64,000 bases of DNA from a virus. A program made the position numbers and the translations under genes. Where the stretch lies: the IMG/VR virus record IMGVR_UViG_3300009105_000002, positions 31,320-95,319 of that record. One strand, given 5' to 3'. Every line of letters begins with the position of its first letter. The stretch's first letter is position 1. Positions 26,845 through 36,013 of this stretch are shown piece after piece. The notes under the pieces are model-generated. The model ran no database searches. It was not told the DNA's origin and saw only the letters and a list, made by a program, of their open reading frames with translations.

Positions 26845-28082
26845 TACTTACCTCCCATCCATTTCCCTCGACTCGTTTCCTGCCACACCGAGTTGTCAGT
26901 TTGATAGACAAGGTTCAAAACAAAACCTGAACCCATTACATATGCGCCTCCACCCATCAGAGAAATACCGGTTCCATCTCTAATCCTCAGTTTAGGGGTA
27001 TCTGTTGTATGGTGTATAGTTAATAAATCTCCGGTTTTACCTGCGGAAATTTGAGGATTTTTGGAAATTTCAACTATTGTTTCGTCGCCGCCTCCTGATA
27101 GGGCAAAGGGTTGTTCTGACGGGGTTACAGTTTCTATTAAAGTTTTAGTAAAACCCTTACCGACATTAGCATCAGAAGGAGTAGCTGTATCTAAAAGCGA
27201 CGTCTTAACAACGGCTTTAAGTATGACCTCTGAAAGAGTAGTCGTATCTGTCATAGGAAGCTTTACTATGGCTTTAGCCCCAAAGGGTTCGGAGGTAGTA
27301 ATGGTTTCCGCCACAGACTTTCCTATGGCTTTAGCCCCAAAGGGTTCGGAGGTAGTAATGGTTTCATTGATAGTTTCAGTATATTCTGATAAGTTATTAT
27401 ACGCAGCAGTGGGGGGTGTAAAGTTAGAAGTCCATCTTGCTACACCCTTGCTTATACGAAATTCGTCTATCCAACCAACGACGCCCTTACTTCCTCCGTT
27501 TTCTGCGCCGATGGCTAATATTGCCGCTATATTTCCGAGTTCCTCGTTCTCTGCTAAAGCTGAACCCCAATATATGCTTTTTGAATCTCCATCTATAAAA
27601 GCATACATGTTGTTTTCGCCAGTGCCATATCTAACTACTGCGACATGCTGCCAGTCAGTTGTAAAAACAGCACTGTTAGTATTGAACGCAGCAGCAGTAG
27701 TTGCACCACTTTCATAGTAATAAAAATATAGTTTCCCGTTATAGCTGAGTATTTGAGCATAGTTGGTGCCATTTTCATATTGTTCATAAAACATAAATGT
27801 TGACGCGACCACAGGGTCAGTATTAAATTTAACCCAAAAATCTATGGTGAAGTTTCCTGTTCCATAATACCAGTCGTCATCGTCCGCATAAGTTATATAA
27901 TCGTCTCCGTCTAACAATAAACTCGCAGTTCCAAATTTCTTCTGCGCCGTGTCTAATTGAGCATCGTTTACGCAGGTAGCATTACCGTGACTGCCCCCCA
28001 CAGAAGTATCTGGAACAGTCGTTGACGTATCCGATCCATCACACGCAAGCAATAGTTTTGTATTACTATCGTTACCCGGCAT
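26844..28082 (-). CDS. LamG/ConA-like domain virion protein with Thr-rich repeats
   Basis: FTIDFW, WQHVAVVR, G.IDEFRISKGVARW...FTPPT. Confidence 0.8.
   Translation of the reverse strand: MPGNDSNTKLLLACDGSDTSTTVPDTSVGGSHGNATCVNDAQLDTAQKKFGTASLLLDGDDYITYADDDDWYYGTGNFTIDFWVKFNTDPVVASTFMFYEQYENGTNYAQILSYNGKLYFYYYESGATTAAAFNTNSAVFTTDWQHVAVVRYGTGENNMYAFIDGDSKSIYWGSALAENEELGNIAAILAIGAENGGSKGVVGWIDEFRISKGVARWTSNFTPPTAAYNNLSEYTETINETITTSEPFGAKAIGKSVAETITTSEPFGAKAIVKLPMTDTTTLSEVILKAVVKTSLLDTATPSDANVGKGFTKTLIETVTPSEQPFALSGGGDETIVEISKNPQISAGKTGDLLTIHHTTDTPKLRIRDGTGISLMGGGAYVMGSGFVLNLVYQTDNSVWQETSRGKWMGGK
27266..27365. repeat. Perfect 43-bp direct repeat x2 (period 57 bp) in the LamG gene
   Basis: CTATGGCTTTAGCCCCAAAGGGTTCGGAGGTAGTAATGGTTTC at 27266 and 27323; encodes ETITTSEPFGAKAI. 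Confidence 0.9.
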
Positions 28083-28090
28083 AAATCTCC

Positions 28091-28567
28091 TTAGGCGATT
28101 TTTATATTATGCGTTATTTGCAATGTATCTCCGGAGTTCATTGTTACTGCCCCGAATGTTTGCACGGCTAATATCCAACCTCCAGCGTCAGTTTGCATAA
28201 TAGCTTCCTCTTGCACGCTTTGATTATCTGAATTACAGGTAAAAGTCTTTACGTATCTCGTAGTATCTCCGCTTGTGGTTGTGAGCGTGTTTGAAGTTGT
28301 CGCTACTGCCCTCACAAGTCCTGCACCGTCGGCTCCAATATACTCTCCGATTGCAGTCGTGGAAGTAGTAATTGAAGTGAGGTTTGAGCCCAAGGCCATG
28401 TATTGTCCGCCCGAGTTGTCCGTAGTAAGACCAAGCAACATAGCGCAAAGACGCTTGCCGGAACTGGTAATAAGGTTTGTAACTTTCCTTGTTGCAAAAA
28501 CCGATCCGTCCGGGTGCCTTGCTACAATCTCTACTTCCCCCATCATTTTCATCATTTCTCCAAACAT
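28091..28567 (-). CDS. Virion structural protein
   Basis: NLIT..G...YMALG...E...GDTLQIT pattern of phage structural proteins. Confidence 0.6.
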   Translation of the reverse strand: MFGEMMKMMGEVEIVARHPDGSVFATRKVTNLITSSGKRLCAMLLGLTTDNSGGQYMALGSNLTSITTSTTAIGEYIGADGAGLVRAVATTSNTLTTTSGDTTRYVKTFTCNSDNQSVQEEAIMQTDAGGWILAVQTFGAVTMNSGDTLQITHNIKIA

Positions 28568-28577
28568 AACCCCTCCC

Positions 28578-28898
28578 TTAGTTTGATAGTATCCAACTCA
28601 CATAAGTCGACGACGCTGTAACCAACATCCACGGAACATTTAGGTTTAAGGCAATTCCGCCTGAATTTGTTATATACTGCACCACCCTTGCGCTTTCAGG
28701 AGGAACAGTCGTCGTAGTTGAGTTAGCTCTTTTTTGACTTGCGCCTATTTCGCCCTCGCCCCCTAAAGATTTTTTAGAGGGCTTAGGTGTATCGTAACAT
28801 TCCTCATCAAGCCATAGACCGTCTTTCTGTTTAAGGACGTTCTTATGAAAAACAAACCCACAGCGATCGCATTCTCGTAATTGTAATCTATTACTCAT
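28578..28898 (-). CDS. Hypothetical protein with ECDRCG zinc motif
   Basis: ORF inside the structural operon. Confidence 0.5.
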   Translation of the reverse strand: MSNRLQLRECDRCGFVFHKNVLKQKDGLWLDEECYDTPKPSKKSLGGEGEIGASQKRANSTTTTVPPESARVVQYITNSGGIALNLNVPWMLVTASSTYVSWILSN

Positions 28899-28944
28899 AA
28901 TAGTATATAAAAATGCAAGGGGAGGTTTTGGCCCCCCCCTAATG

Positions 28945-29928
28945 TTACGGTGCTATTCTACCAGATCTATTTCCGCAAAGTTGCCATTGACCGCCAAAGC
29001 CATTGACAAACTGCCAATAAGCGCCTGATACACATACCATAGCGCCTGTTGACTCTGCGTCATACATACAAGTTGGCCCGGCAGAAGTTACAATAATTAC
29101 TGCCGAATTAGGAGCATAGACAGTAACTACTTGCCCGGGAACTCCGCCTTGTAAGTTTCTTAACTGTGTTGCGGTGCCACCAGAAGCATTCATGTAAATC
29201 ATCTTTGTTTCTTTGTTGATCGTCACTACATGATTTGCAGAAGTTGCCCCTTTAGGTGGCAGAGCCACCACATTTGTATCTGCATTGAAGTTTGAAGCAA
29301 CCTCAAACCATTGGCCGCCGTTCTTTACCAATTCAAGCGTGCCTGAATTAGCCAATGCAAGGTTGCCCGACCCCATTAGGTTAATCGCGCCAACGGAATT
29401 GACTACTGCTACCGCAGAACCTAACGCCAATACAGTTACATGCTGTCCATCGTAACCATTTGAAAGACTATCAATGTTAACAGGCGCACCTGTTGATGTA
29501 TTTACGGCAATTTGTGTTTTGCCGTTCACATTGATAACATCGGCAGCGATATTACTCCCCGATTGAACCGAGAGAACATAGCTTGTCTGGTTTTGACTTC
29601 TCGATATTTCATACCAAGAAGTGTTGTGTTGTATCAGGGATATTACATTGTTGTTTCCGGAAAAATCACCGGAACCGGCTAAAACAAGCTCGCCGGAATT
29701 TGCTACGCTTGTTGAACCTCCGTCAATCATTATAAGCGTTATGACCTGACCTTCCTCGCCACCATCAAAATCGGTTATAACCGTAGCGCCTGTATTGACG
29801 GCATAAAAAACTGAACCTAACGTAACATCCGGCGTTGCATCGGATTGAGTTAACAGATTATCCGACCGCGCTTGGAAGTTTTTGTAAGGCCCGTAAGCAT
29901 GCGCATATCTGGTTCTATCTGCGCTCAT
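28945..29928 (-). CDS. Virion protein with three tandem beta domains
   Basis: G..GQ.(I/V)T...W.E domain repeated about three times; RBS AAGGAGG. Confidence 0.6.
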   Translation of the reverse strand: MSADRTRYAHAYGPYKNFQARSDNLLTQSDATPDVTLGSVFYAVNTGATVITDFDGGEEGQVITLIMIDGGSTSVANSGELVLAGSGDFSGNNNVISLIQHNTSWYEISRSQNQTSYVLSVQSGSNIAADVINVNGKTQIAVNTSTGAPVNIDSLSNGYDGQHVTVLALGSAVAVVNSVGAINLMGSGNLALANSGTLELVKNGGQWFEVASNFNADTNVVALPPKGATSANHVVTINKETKMIYMNASGGTATQLRNLQGGVPGQVVTVYAPNSAVIIVTSAGPTCMYDAESTGAMVCVSGAYWQFVNGFGGQWQLCGNRSGRIAP

Positions 29929-29998
29929 TCAATCCTCCTTGTGAGATCCAAACCGCTTTTACGGAAATATGGACGCTGTTAAGCATTACCTCGGTAAG

Positions 29999-30033
29999 TG
30001 CGAGGCGGGAACAATTAAGCCCCCGCCTCGCAC
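29999..30033 (-). terminator. Stable hairpin after the capsid gene
   Basis: GTGCGAGGCGGG...CCCGCCTCGCAC inverted repeat; weak U-tract. Confidence 0.45.
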
Positions 30034-30036
30034 AAT

Positions 30037-30957
30037 TTACTGCCCTGTTGAATGATAAAGATTCGATGGCTTGTTAACTTCCACGCTAAATCTAAATGTT
30101 ACTTTAAATTTTGCGTCGCCTGTTTCAAAATCTCCATCCTTCGCAAAGGTAATCTTGCGTCTTAGAAACGCGATTGGCCCTGACTTTCTATTTGGAGGCA
30201 TAGCAACAAAAGTAAAGGCGTCGGTATCCGTCAGATACGGACTTGCTATCGGCGAAATCCCTATTCCCTTAATAGTATTGACCGCGTTATTGCTTGACTC
30301 TGGATCATAGCCCGAATTTAACAACTCCTTTGCTTTCCAAAGGTTATTCGGGTGAACCCAAAGCTCTTTAACCTTTATGATTTGATACTTTCCAGTATCG
30401 TCCTTCGTCGTCGTGAAGTTATCATAAGCGGTTTGAAAACTTGTTACGCCCAAATCCGCGCCCGGCGTTAAGAGATTTGACCATGTTCCACCCCTAAGTG
30501 CCGTATGTGAATTTGAGAATACTGCTAAACCATCGCCTGCTGTATGGTTCGTGGTTGCCGTGCCATTGTTGATAAGATCGTGAACAAGAGTTTCCAAAGT
30601 CTCTCTTGCTGACGAGCCCAACTCCGCAGTAATATCTCCCATTTCCGTAGGAATATCCGGATATCTCGCGTCATCGATAAGTTCCTCACTTACCTTTCCG
30701 CCCAAACCATAAGTGATGTGGTTCCACCTTTTGGTCGGCCCTTGAACCATATCGTCGTAGACTATTCCCTGCGACTCTGGTTTTTTAGGTATCTTTCCAT
30801 ATCCCGCGAAATACGCAGCTTCTTCATACGCGTTTTTGGAAGGCAATACTGTTACAAGACGTTTCCAGATCTGTTCACTATTCTTCGGCCTATACGCACT
30901 AACCGCAATAGCAAACAAACCGGGAACGACTGATTTATTAAACGTAGATCTATTCAT
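30037..30957 (-). CDS. Major capsid protein (HK97 fold, Mu gpT-like)
   Basis: 306 aa after scaffold and cement genes; YGLG..VSEELIDD, DG...FS..H, .SPYLTD.DA, GDF.TG. Confidence 0.8.
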   Translation of the reverse strand: MNRSTFNKSVVPGLFAIAVSAYRPKNSEQIWKRLVTVLPSKNAYEEAAYFAGYGKIPKKPESQGIVYDDMVQGPTKRWNHITYGLGGKVSEELIDDARYPDIPTEMGDITAELGSSARETLETLVHDLINNGTATTNHTAGDGLAVFSNSHTALRGGTWSNLLTPGADLGVTSFQTAYDNFTTTKDDTGKYQIIKVKELWVHPNNLWKAKELLNSGYDPESSNNAVNTIKGIGISPIASPYLTDTDAFTFVAMPPNRKSGPIAFLRRKITFAKDGDFETGDAKFKVTFRFSVEVNKPSNLYHSTGQ

Positions 30958-30966
30958 CGTCCCTCC

Positions 30967-31545
30967 CTATATGCCTGCGGCATTTAAGCCGGTAGTGATA
31001 AGTTTCTGGTGCCTGTTGATCTTAACACGCCACTTACAATAATCGCCGTAATCGTTGTCGCCATCGGCCGCATACATCGGGCCTAACAACAAAAACTGCC
31101 CTGACGAAGTTTGCACTCCGCTACGGTCTAATACTGCATTACTTAATCCGGTTGTCGTATTCCCTGTCGTAGCCAAATAGGTAAAATCTGCCAAATTGCC
31201 TACTTCACTGACAGTCAAAGCTGTTCCTCCCGTATCCTCCTCAATTATAAACTCTTGATTAGGATCGTCCGCGACACCTACAAAAACCGGTGGTATCGTA
31301 GAACCAATTCCTTTCAGATACGGTGCGTCCTCGTAAGGACAGCTCAAACCGTCTTTTAAAAAGAGTTCCGCAGAACCTAAAATAGCATTCGCAGAACCGC
31401 ATGTAGCCGGTATGACTTTACCAGTATTGTCTAAGGCAACGGGTTGATGTAGATACATTGCTTTCGCTGTGTCCGCGCGATAGTAATTTATCTTCACAGC
31501 ACCGGGGCCCGCAGGGAATAAGCCTTTTGTAAATTGAACGTTCAT
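30967..31545 (-). CDS. Capsid cement/decoration protein
   Basis: Immediately upstream of the capsid gene; V.DDP...F, GNTTTG.S, V.IN.H. Confidence 0.6.
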   Translation of the reverse strand: MNVQFTKGLFPAGPGAVKINYYRADTAKAMYLHQPVALDNTGKVIPATCGSANAILGSAELFLKDGLSCPYEDAPYLKGIGSTIPPVFVGVADDPNQEFIIEEDTGGTALTVSEVGNLADFTYLATTGNTTTGLSNAVLDRSGVQTSSGQFLLLGPMYAADGDNDYGDYCKWRVKINRHQKLITTGLNAAGI

Positions 31546-31547
31546 GC

Positions 31548-32261
31548 TTACTCCTCCTTTGTTTCGTCTTTACCGAAATCTCTCCCTTCCTGCAAGCCAG
31601 GGGTAGTTTCATCGTTCTCCTCGGCCTTGGAAAGTGTCGGCTTATAAAATTTCTTTGGATCTTCTTCGTGCTTACGAATCTGCACGTTTACCATATCGCT
31701 ACTTTTCTGTTGAGCCTCTCTTGTTTTTGCTTCGGCTCTCCTTCTGCCCATACACGCCAATATCAAATCGCCTTTCTCTATCGCACCCGCAACAGAAAAT
31801 AGGTAATTCGGCAGTTTTGGAAAAAGTTGCCTATTTACAAAAACCCATCCTTTGTCAATTGCTTCATCAATAGCCCTCTTACTGCGGAGGATCCAATGAA
31901 AAGCAAATTCTTGAGTATGACGCTCAAGTGGTTTTGGTAATGATAATCTGTGCCGGCCCGGCTCTTTTTCAGGCGCGGCAACCTTGGTAACTTCTTCCAA
32001 GGTTTGAGGTTGTGTTTTCATACGCTCCGTCAAATACGTATCAACCTCAGTTATCAAAACACTTTTCGTCACATCGGGAGGCGGAGTAACCCCCTTTGGT
32101 TCAACAGGTGGAACTTTTTTTTCTTCCTTTACGGCAGGAGTAGCCTCCGGCTTTTTCTTTTTCTCTGGAAAGCCGAAAACAGGTTTTTCTTCTTTTTTGT
32201 CTTTCTTTACGCCCACGACATCTTCCGGTGTTACTATGTCGGTTTTATTTTGATCGTCCAT
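31548..32261 (-). CDS. Head-module protein
   Basis: F.WI....GW.FV....GDLILA motif; located between scaffold and cement genes. Confidence 0.5.
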   Translation of the reverse strand: MDDQNKTDIVTPEDVVGVKKDKKEEKPVFGFPEKKKKPEATPAVKEEKKVPPVEPKGVTPPPDVTKSVLITEVDTYLTERMKTQPQTLEEVTKVAAPEKEPGRHRLSLPKPLERHTQEFAFHWILRSKRAIDEAIDKGWVFVNRQLFPKLPNYLFSVAGAIEKGDLILACMGRRRAEAKTREAQQKSSDMVNVQIRKHEEDPKKFYKPTLSKAEENDETTPGLQEGRDFGKDETKEE

Positions 32262-33088
32262 TATTGAACCTCTACTTTCTTTTCACCTGAATTTAATCTT
32301 TTCAGGGTAGCCGCGTAATTCTTGAGCGGTATATTATTGTGCTTACAGAAAATTATTTGCTCTTGCGTGAGAACTACTTCCCCTCCACCCGGCTTAGTCT
32401 TCGCTCCGGGCTTTAAACTTGTTTGCCTGACGTTCGTGCGCCTACTGACTTCCTTTTCAATTACCTTTTCTGCGTTAACGCCTTCCTCTTTCACTTTCAA
32501 CCCTTGTTTGCGGCACTCGTCTTCCATATCCCTCATTAACATCAAAGGCCCCAAATAATTTGTTTTATAATGAGGTTTTTTATCTAAAAGCTCGAACCAG
32601 ATCTTTGCGTAATCAGAAGTTGGGTCATTTAACTCCGGATATTTCTCCAAAACCCCCTGTTTGTTTGTTTCCATCAAGCTAATCTGCCTCGTTTGTTCCT
32701 TCTCAATTTTCTCTAATTCGGATTTCTTGCTTTCCTGCTCTTTCTCTGCCTTTCTTTGACGCTTATAAATCTCTGATACGCCAGCGACCAAATCCTCGTT
32801 GATCAGCTTTACAAGTTCCTCATCACTTTTTACAGGCTCGCCGGTTTCTGTTTTAGTCGTAACTGATTTAGACTTAATCAAATCAGCCACTTGTTTCTGG
32901 AGATTTTCGATAATCCTATACGAACCCGCCGTATGGTTCACGGATCTCTCGAGCTTGCCAACCGTTTCCTTGAGGGCTTTTATCTCCTCGTCTTTAGGAT
33001 CCGGCTTCTCGACAACTTCTTCTTTTACGGTTCCGGAGGTTTCTTCCACCACTACGACAATATCATCTTTTTCTTCCGGTTCAGGCAT
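32261..33088 (-). CDS. Scaffolding protein
   Basis: Acidic coiled coil; C-terminal LT.EQ...C....I....YA. Confidence 0.7.
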   Translation of the reverse strand: MPEPEEKDDIVVVVEETSGTVKEEVVEKPDPKDEEIKALKETVGKLERSVNHTAGSYRIIENLQKQVADLIKSKSVTTKTETGEPVKSDEELVKLINEDLVAGVSEIYKRQRKAEKEQESKKSELEKIEKEQTRQISLMETNKQGVLEKYPELNDPTSDYAKIWFELLDKKPHYKTNYLGPLMLMRDMEDECRKQGLKVKEEGVNAEKVIEKEVSRRTNVRQTSLKPGAKTKPGGGEVVLTQEQIIFCKHNNIPLKNYAATLKRLNSGEKKVEVQ

Positions 33089-33125
33089 AACTCCCTCTCT
33101 TTCCACCGCTCTCGCGGGTATGAAA

Positions 33126-33380
33126 CTATTCGTCTTCTGGTTGATCCAATTCGCGCATATAGTTCTCTATATGCACCGGCACTTTTTCTATGCCATCTAT
33201 TTCACCTTGCATAAGAACTGCGTCGTGCAAGGAACCTTTACGGAGTCGGTTTGACCTCTCCACTTTTTTTCTCTGACATACTCTCTCCAAGAGCCGGAGA
33301 CATACCGCCCAACCTGGACTCTTGCGTAGATCCTGCAGATCCTTCAACTCCCGCCGTTTCTCCTCCTGACTTATTTCCAC
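33126..33380 (-). CDS. Small post-portal protein
   Basis: SPGW...QG.IDG pattern; overlaps the portal 3' end; RBS AAAGGAGG. Confidence 0.55.
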   Translation of the reverse strand: MEISQEEKRRELKDLQDLRKSPGWAVCLRLLERVCQRKKVERSNRLRKGSLHDAVLMQGEIDGIEKVPVHIENYMRELDQPEDE

Positions 33381-35466
33381 CTTCTCCTCCTTTTATCATT
33401 AACATCCTTTGTATCATTGCTTGCATCATCATCTGGTGCTCGCCCATATGATTTTGGTTATACAGTAACACCTGTTCCCTTACTCCATCCGGGAGAAATG
33501 CTATTGTAGGCGACGACATCAACTCATTGTGAACCTGTAAATGCCAAATATGGTTCTCTGTAATGAGTGCCCTTACTTTATTAAACTCCCCTTGGATCAT
33601 TAACGTATTCTCGTCCTCGGGCGCATCAGTATCCTTTTCCTCCGGAGCCGGCCCTAAAAATCTTTCAGCTTCATCTCTTGAACTATGAGAAGCAACGAGT
33701 TTAAATGTCGCCTTGTAAATCTTAACAGGATCCGTTCCTACAATCGGGTTCGCTAAGAGTTGTCCATACAAAAATCCGGCTATCTGCCGTTCCATATCTT
33801 TTGATCCACCCGAGGAGTCTTCTAATAAAAAAGCGTCAAATTCTCCGGAAATACCTTCGTCAGTAAGTTCGCCGGCTTGGAATATCGGATCACCTTTCTC
33901 TCCAAGTATTCTTGTCTCAAACCCCGGCGGGATATTAAGTTGTATCTTATCCAATATCTGCGTTAATATCCTTGAAGCACCCGCTCGTAATCTTTCTCCG
34001 GGTCTCTGAAAACGTTCCTGCGCGTTCGAGAGAATAGCGTTGGTTCTGGTGGCAGTTCCAGAACCACCCACTATTTCTGACTCCTTGCCCATGACATAAC
34101 TCGAGGCAGCGGTTAATCTCTCTACAAACTCCAATACAAGCTTAATAGCATTTATAAGGCGTTCTACAGGAATATCAAAGTCGGGGAAATACACGTTCTT
34201 TTGAGGATCTGAAACCGGTATAAGCTTTCGAGGGGATAGGTATATAGTTGAGGGATTTAAGTCGCCGGAAGGATCGTAAAAGCCCGGCCTCATCATTGAA
34301 TAAGTATTACCGTCAGTCATTTGGTTAAAGCACGCGTCAATTTCTCTCGCCAACTCCTCAACCATTTCCAAAGTGCCTAATCCGTCTAAGCCGTCAACCT
34401 CATTTAATCTCGGCAGGAATTTTGTCCACTCTATCGGCCTCATTGCTCTCTTAGAAAGGTTTTTTACCTCCACTCCTCCAAGATAAATTTTATTATCCAT
34501 ATCGATTATGACGCGGATATCTTCTGCAAATCCGTCGCCGTCAAAATCGTATTTCATATATTCAACAAGGCAATTGATAGGATAAACCCTCACCTTCACC
34601 TCTTTAAGCATTTTGACTTCTTCTTCGGTAGCCGACGCGTCAGCCGAGATCACGACCTTTTCTTCCACTTTCGGACGTAGCAAGGTTTGGACATTTACCA
34701 ACTGCTCCTCGATTTCCATTTGCTCAAGGTCGCCGAATTTATAATCGTCCTTTACGACAACAGGATCATTGTAGATATTCTTCTGCCCTTTTTGGAGAAA
34801 GACATTTTCTTTAGGTATGATATTGCACTTTGTTTTTTCGATAAGTTTTAACACCTTGTCTTGAAAAGAGTCTAATTCTTCGCCATTAGGGCCTCTGATA
34901 ACAGTGGTTTCTGATTCGCCTATATCCTTATACTCGACATCCCAAATTACCTCAACAAGAGAGTCGCCGTAACCGGCCGTTACCATTACCCAATTATCAA
35001 AAAACTCCCTCATTTTTGTCCATACCCTGATCCACCAATCCATAAACTTCGTTATGCGCTCGACTTTCTCAAAGTCATTTTTCTCGCCCGGACGCCATCG
35101 GCATAGGTCTTCATTGTAAACCGCCGGAAAAAGTTTTGAGCATAGCATTTCGAGGATTGCCATAGCAATGCGCATACTTCTATTGGAACAGTTTTTCCAC
35201 GGCTTATCCTTCGGCTTTCTTTTCCCAAAATAAAGATTGTTAAGCGATTCCATATGTTGCTCAAAATGCAGCACGTCGCCCTTAGAATTAGTCCGGTATT
35301 CTTTTGTATCGCGATTTTCCTTGCCGGATCGGTAATCCTGCAAAACCATTTCAACGAGAGTTTTTTCCTGCGCCTCGGATATCTGAATCTGCATGCCGGG
35401 CTTTGCTACTTGGGGCGTAGGCTCCATCTCCTCGTTTTGAATTCCTTCCTTGACCTCTCGTGCCAT
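33238..35466 (-). CDS. Portal protein
   Basis: 742 aa after the terminase genes; DFDGDG.AED, G.GTAT, C-terminal H..H Gln/Met-rich barrel. Confidence 0.8.
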   Translation of the reverse strand: MAREVKEGIQNEEMEPTPQVAKPGMQIQISEAQEKTLVEMVLQDYRSGKENRDTKEYRTNSKGDVLHFEQHMESLNNLYFGKRKPKDKPWKNCSNRSMRIAMAILEMLCSKLFPAVYNEDLCRWRPGEKNDFEKVERITKFMDWWIRVWTKMREFFDNWVMVTAGYGDSLVEVIWDVEYKDIGESETTVIRGPNGEELDSFQDKVLKLIEKTKCNIIPKENVFLQKGQKNIYNDPVVVKDDYKFGDLEQMEIEEQLVNVQTLLRPKVEEKVVISADASATEEEVKMLKEVKVRVYPINCLVEYMKYDFDGDGFAEDIRVIIDMDNKIYLGGVEVKNLSKRAMRPIEWTKFLPRLNEVDGLDGLGTLEMVEELAREIDACFNQMTDGNTYSMMRPGFYDPSGDLNPSTIYLSPRKLIPVSDPQKNVYFPDFDIPVERLINAIKLVLEFVERLTAASSYVMGKESEIVGGSGTATRTNAILSNAQERFQRPGERLRAGASRILTQILDKIQLNIPPGFETRILGEKGDPIFQAGELTDEGISGEFDAFLLEDSSGGSKDMERQIAGFLYGQLLANPIVGTDPVKIYKATFKLVASHSSRDEAERFLGPAPEEKDTDAPEDENTLMIQGEFNKVRALITENHIWHLQVHNELMSSPTIAFLPDGVREQVLLYNQNHMGEHQMMMQAMIQRMLMIKGGEGGNKSGGETAGVEGSAGSTQESRLGGMSPALGESMSEKKSGEVKPTP

Positions 35467-35515
35467 TAGTTACCTCGCTCGTCTTCGCTTTTTTTTAGGT
35501 TTGCATTTCCACATA

Positions 35516-36013
35516 CTATTCTCCTGTCGTGTCAATTACTTCCGCCCTTGGTTTCACTCCCAGTTTATCAAGTTTATTAAGAAGGTTTTGTTTTTCTTGT
35601 TCAAGCTGATCATCCGACATGTTGTTGATTTGAGCAAAGACCACATTGCCGATAGCGGTTGATTTTCCGCCCTCAACTTCTTCCCTGACAGAATCGAGGC
35701 AAGCTTTAGCTGCGCTAATTTTGTTCTGTGCAATTGCTTTCTGATAGAGTTCGTCATATCTCCTTAGCCTCACTCTTTTTTGCGCGATTGCTTCTTCCAT
35801 AGTAGTAGCCAAATATTGTGCGCGCATATCCGTTACAATCACATTCCATCGCGTTCCCTTTTTCAAAAAAATTTCATTTATGTATTGAGGCGTGGTATCA
35901 ATGTTATATGTTTCCTTCACATACCTCACGGCTTCGGCAGGGCTCATATATTGAGCAACTTCCCTTGCTATGTCTAGCTTCTTCTTGCGGGAAAGATTTC
36001 TCTTGTTAGACAA
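35516..36013 (-). CDS. Terminase small subunit (DUF2280-like)
   Basis: N-terminal HTH; IA.K.VRL, A...L...REEVEG. Confidence 0.6.
   Translation of the reverse strand: MSNKRNLSRKKKLDIAREVAQYMSPAEAVRYVKETYNIDTTPQYINEIFLKKGTRWNVIVTDMRAQYLATTMEEAIAQKRVRLRRYDELYQKAIAQNKISAAKACLDSVREEVEGGKSTAIGNVVFAQINNMSDDQLEQEKQNLLNKLDKLGVKPRAEVIDTTGE

Noticed and set aside
27266-27365. CRISPR array
   Set aside because: Only two copies, in frame inside a CDS, 14-bp gap, no cas genes
6590-27903. LamG duplication as a DGR template/variable repeat pair
   Set aside because: No reverse transcriptase in the window; differences are mostly third-position and not adenine-specific; both copies are coding
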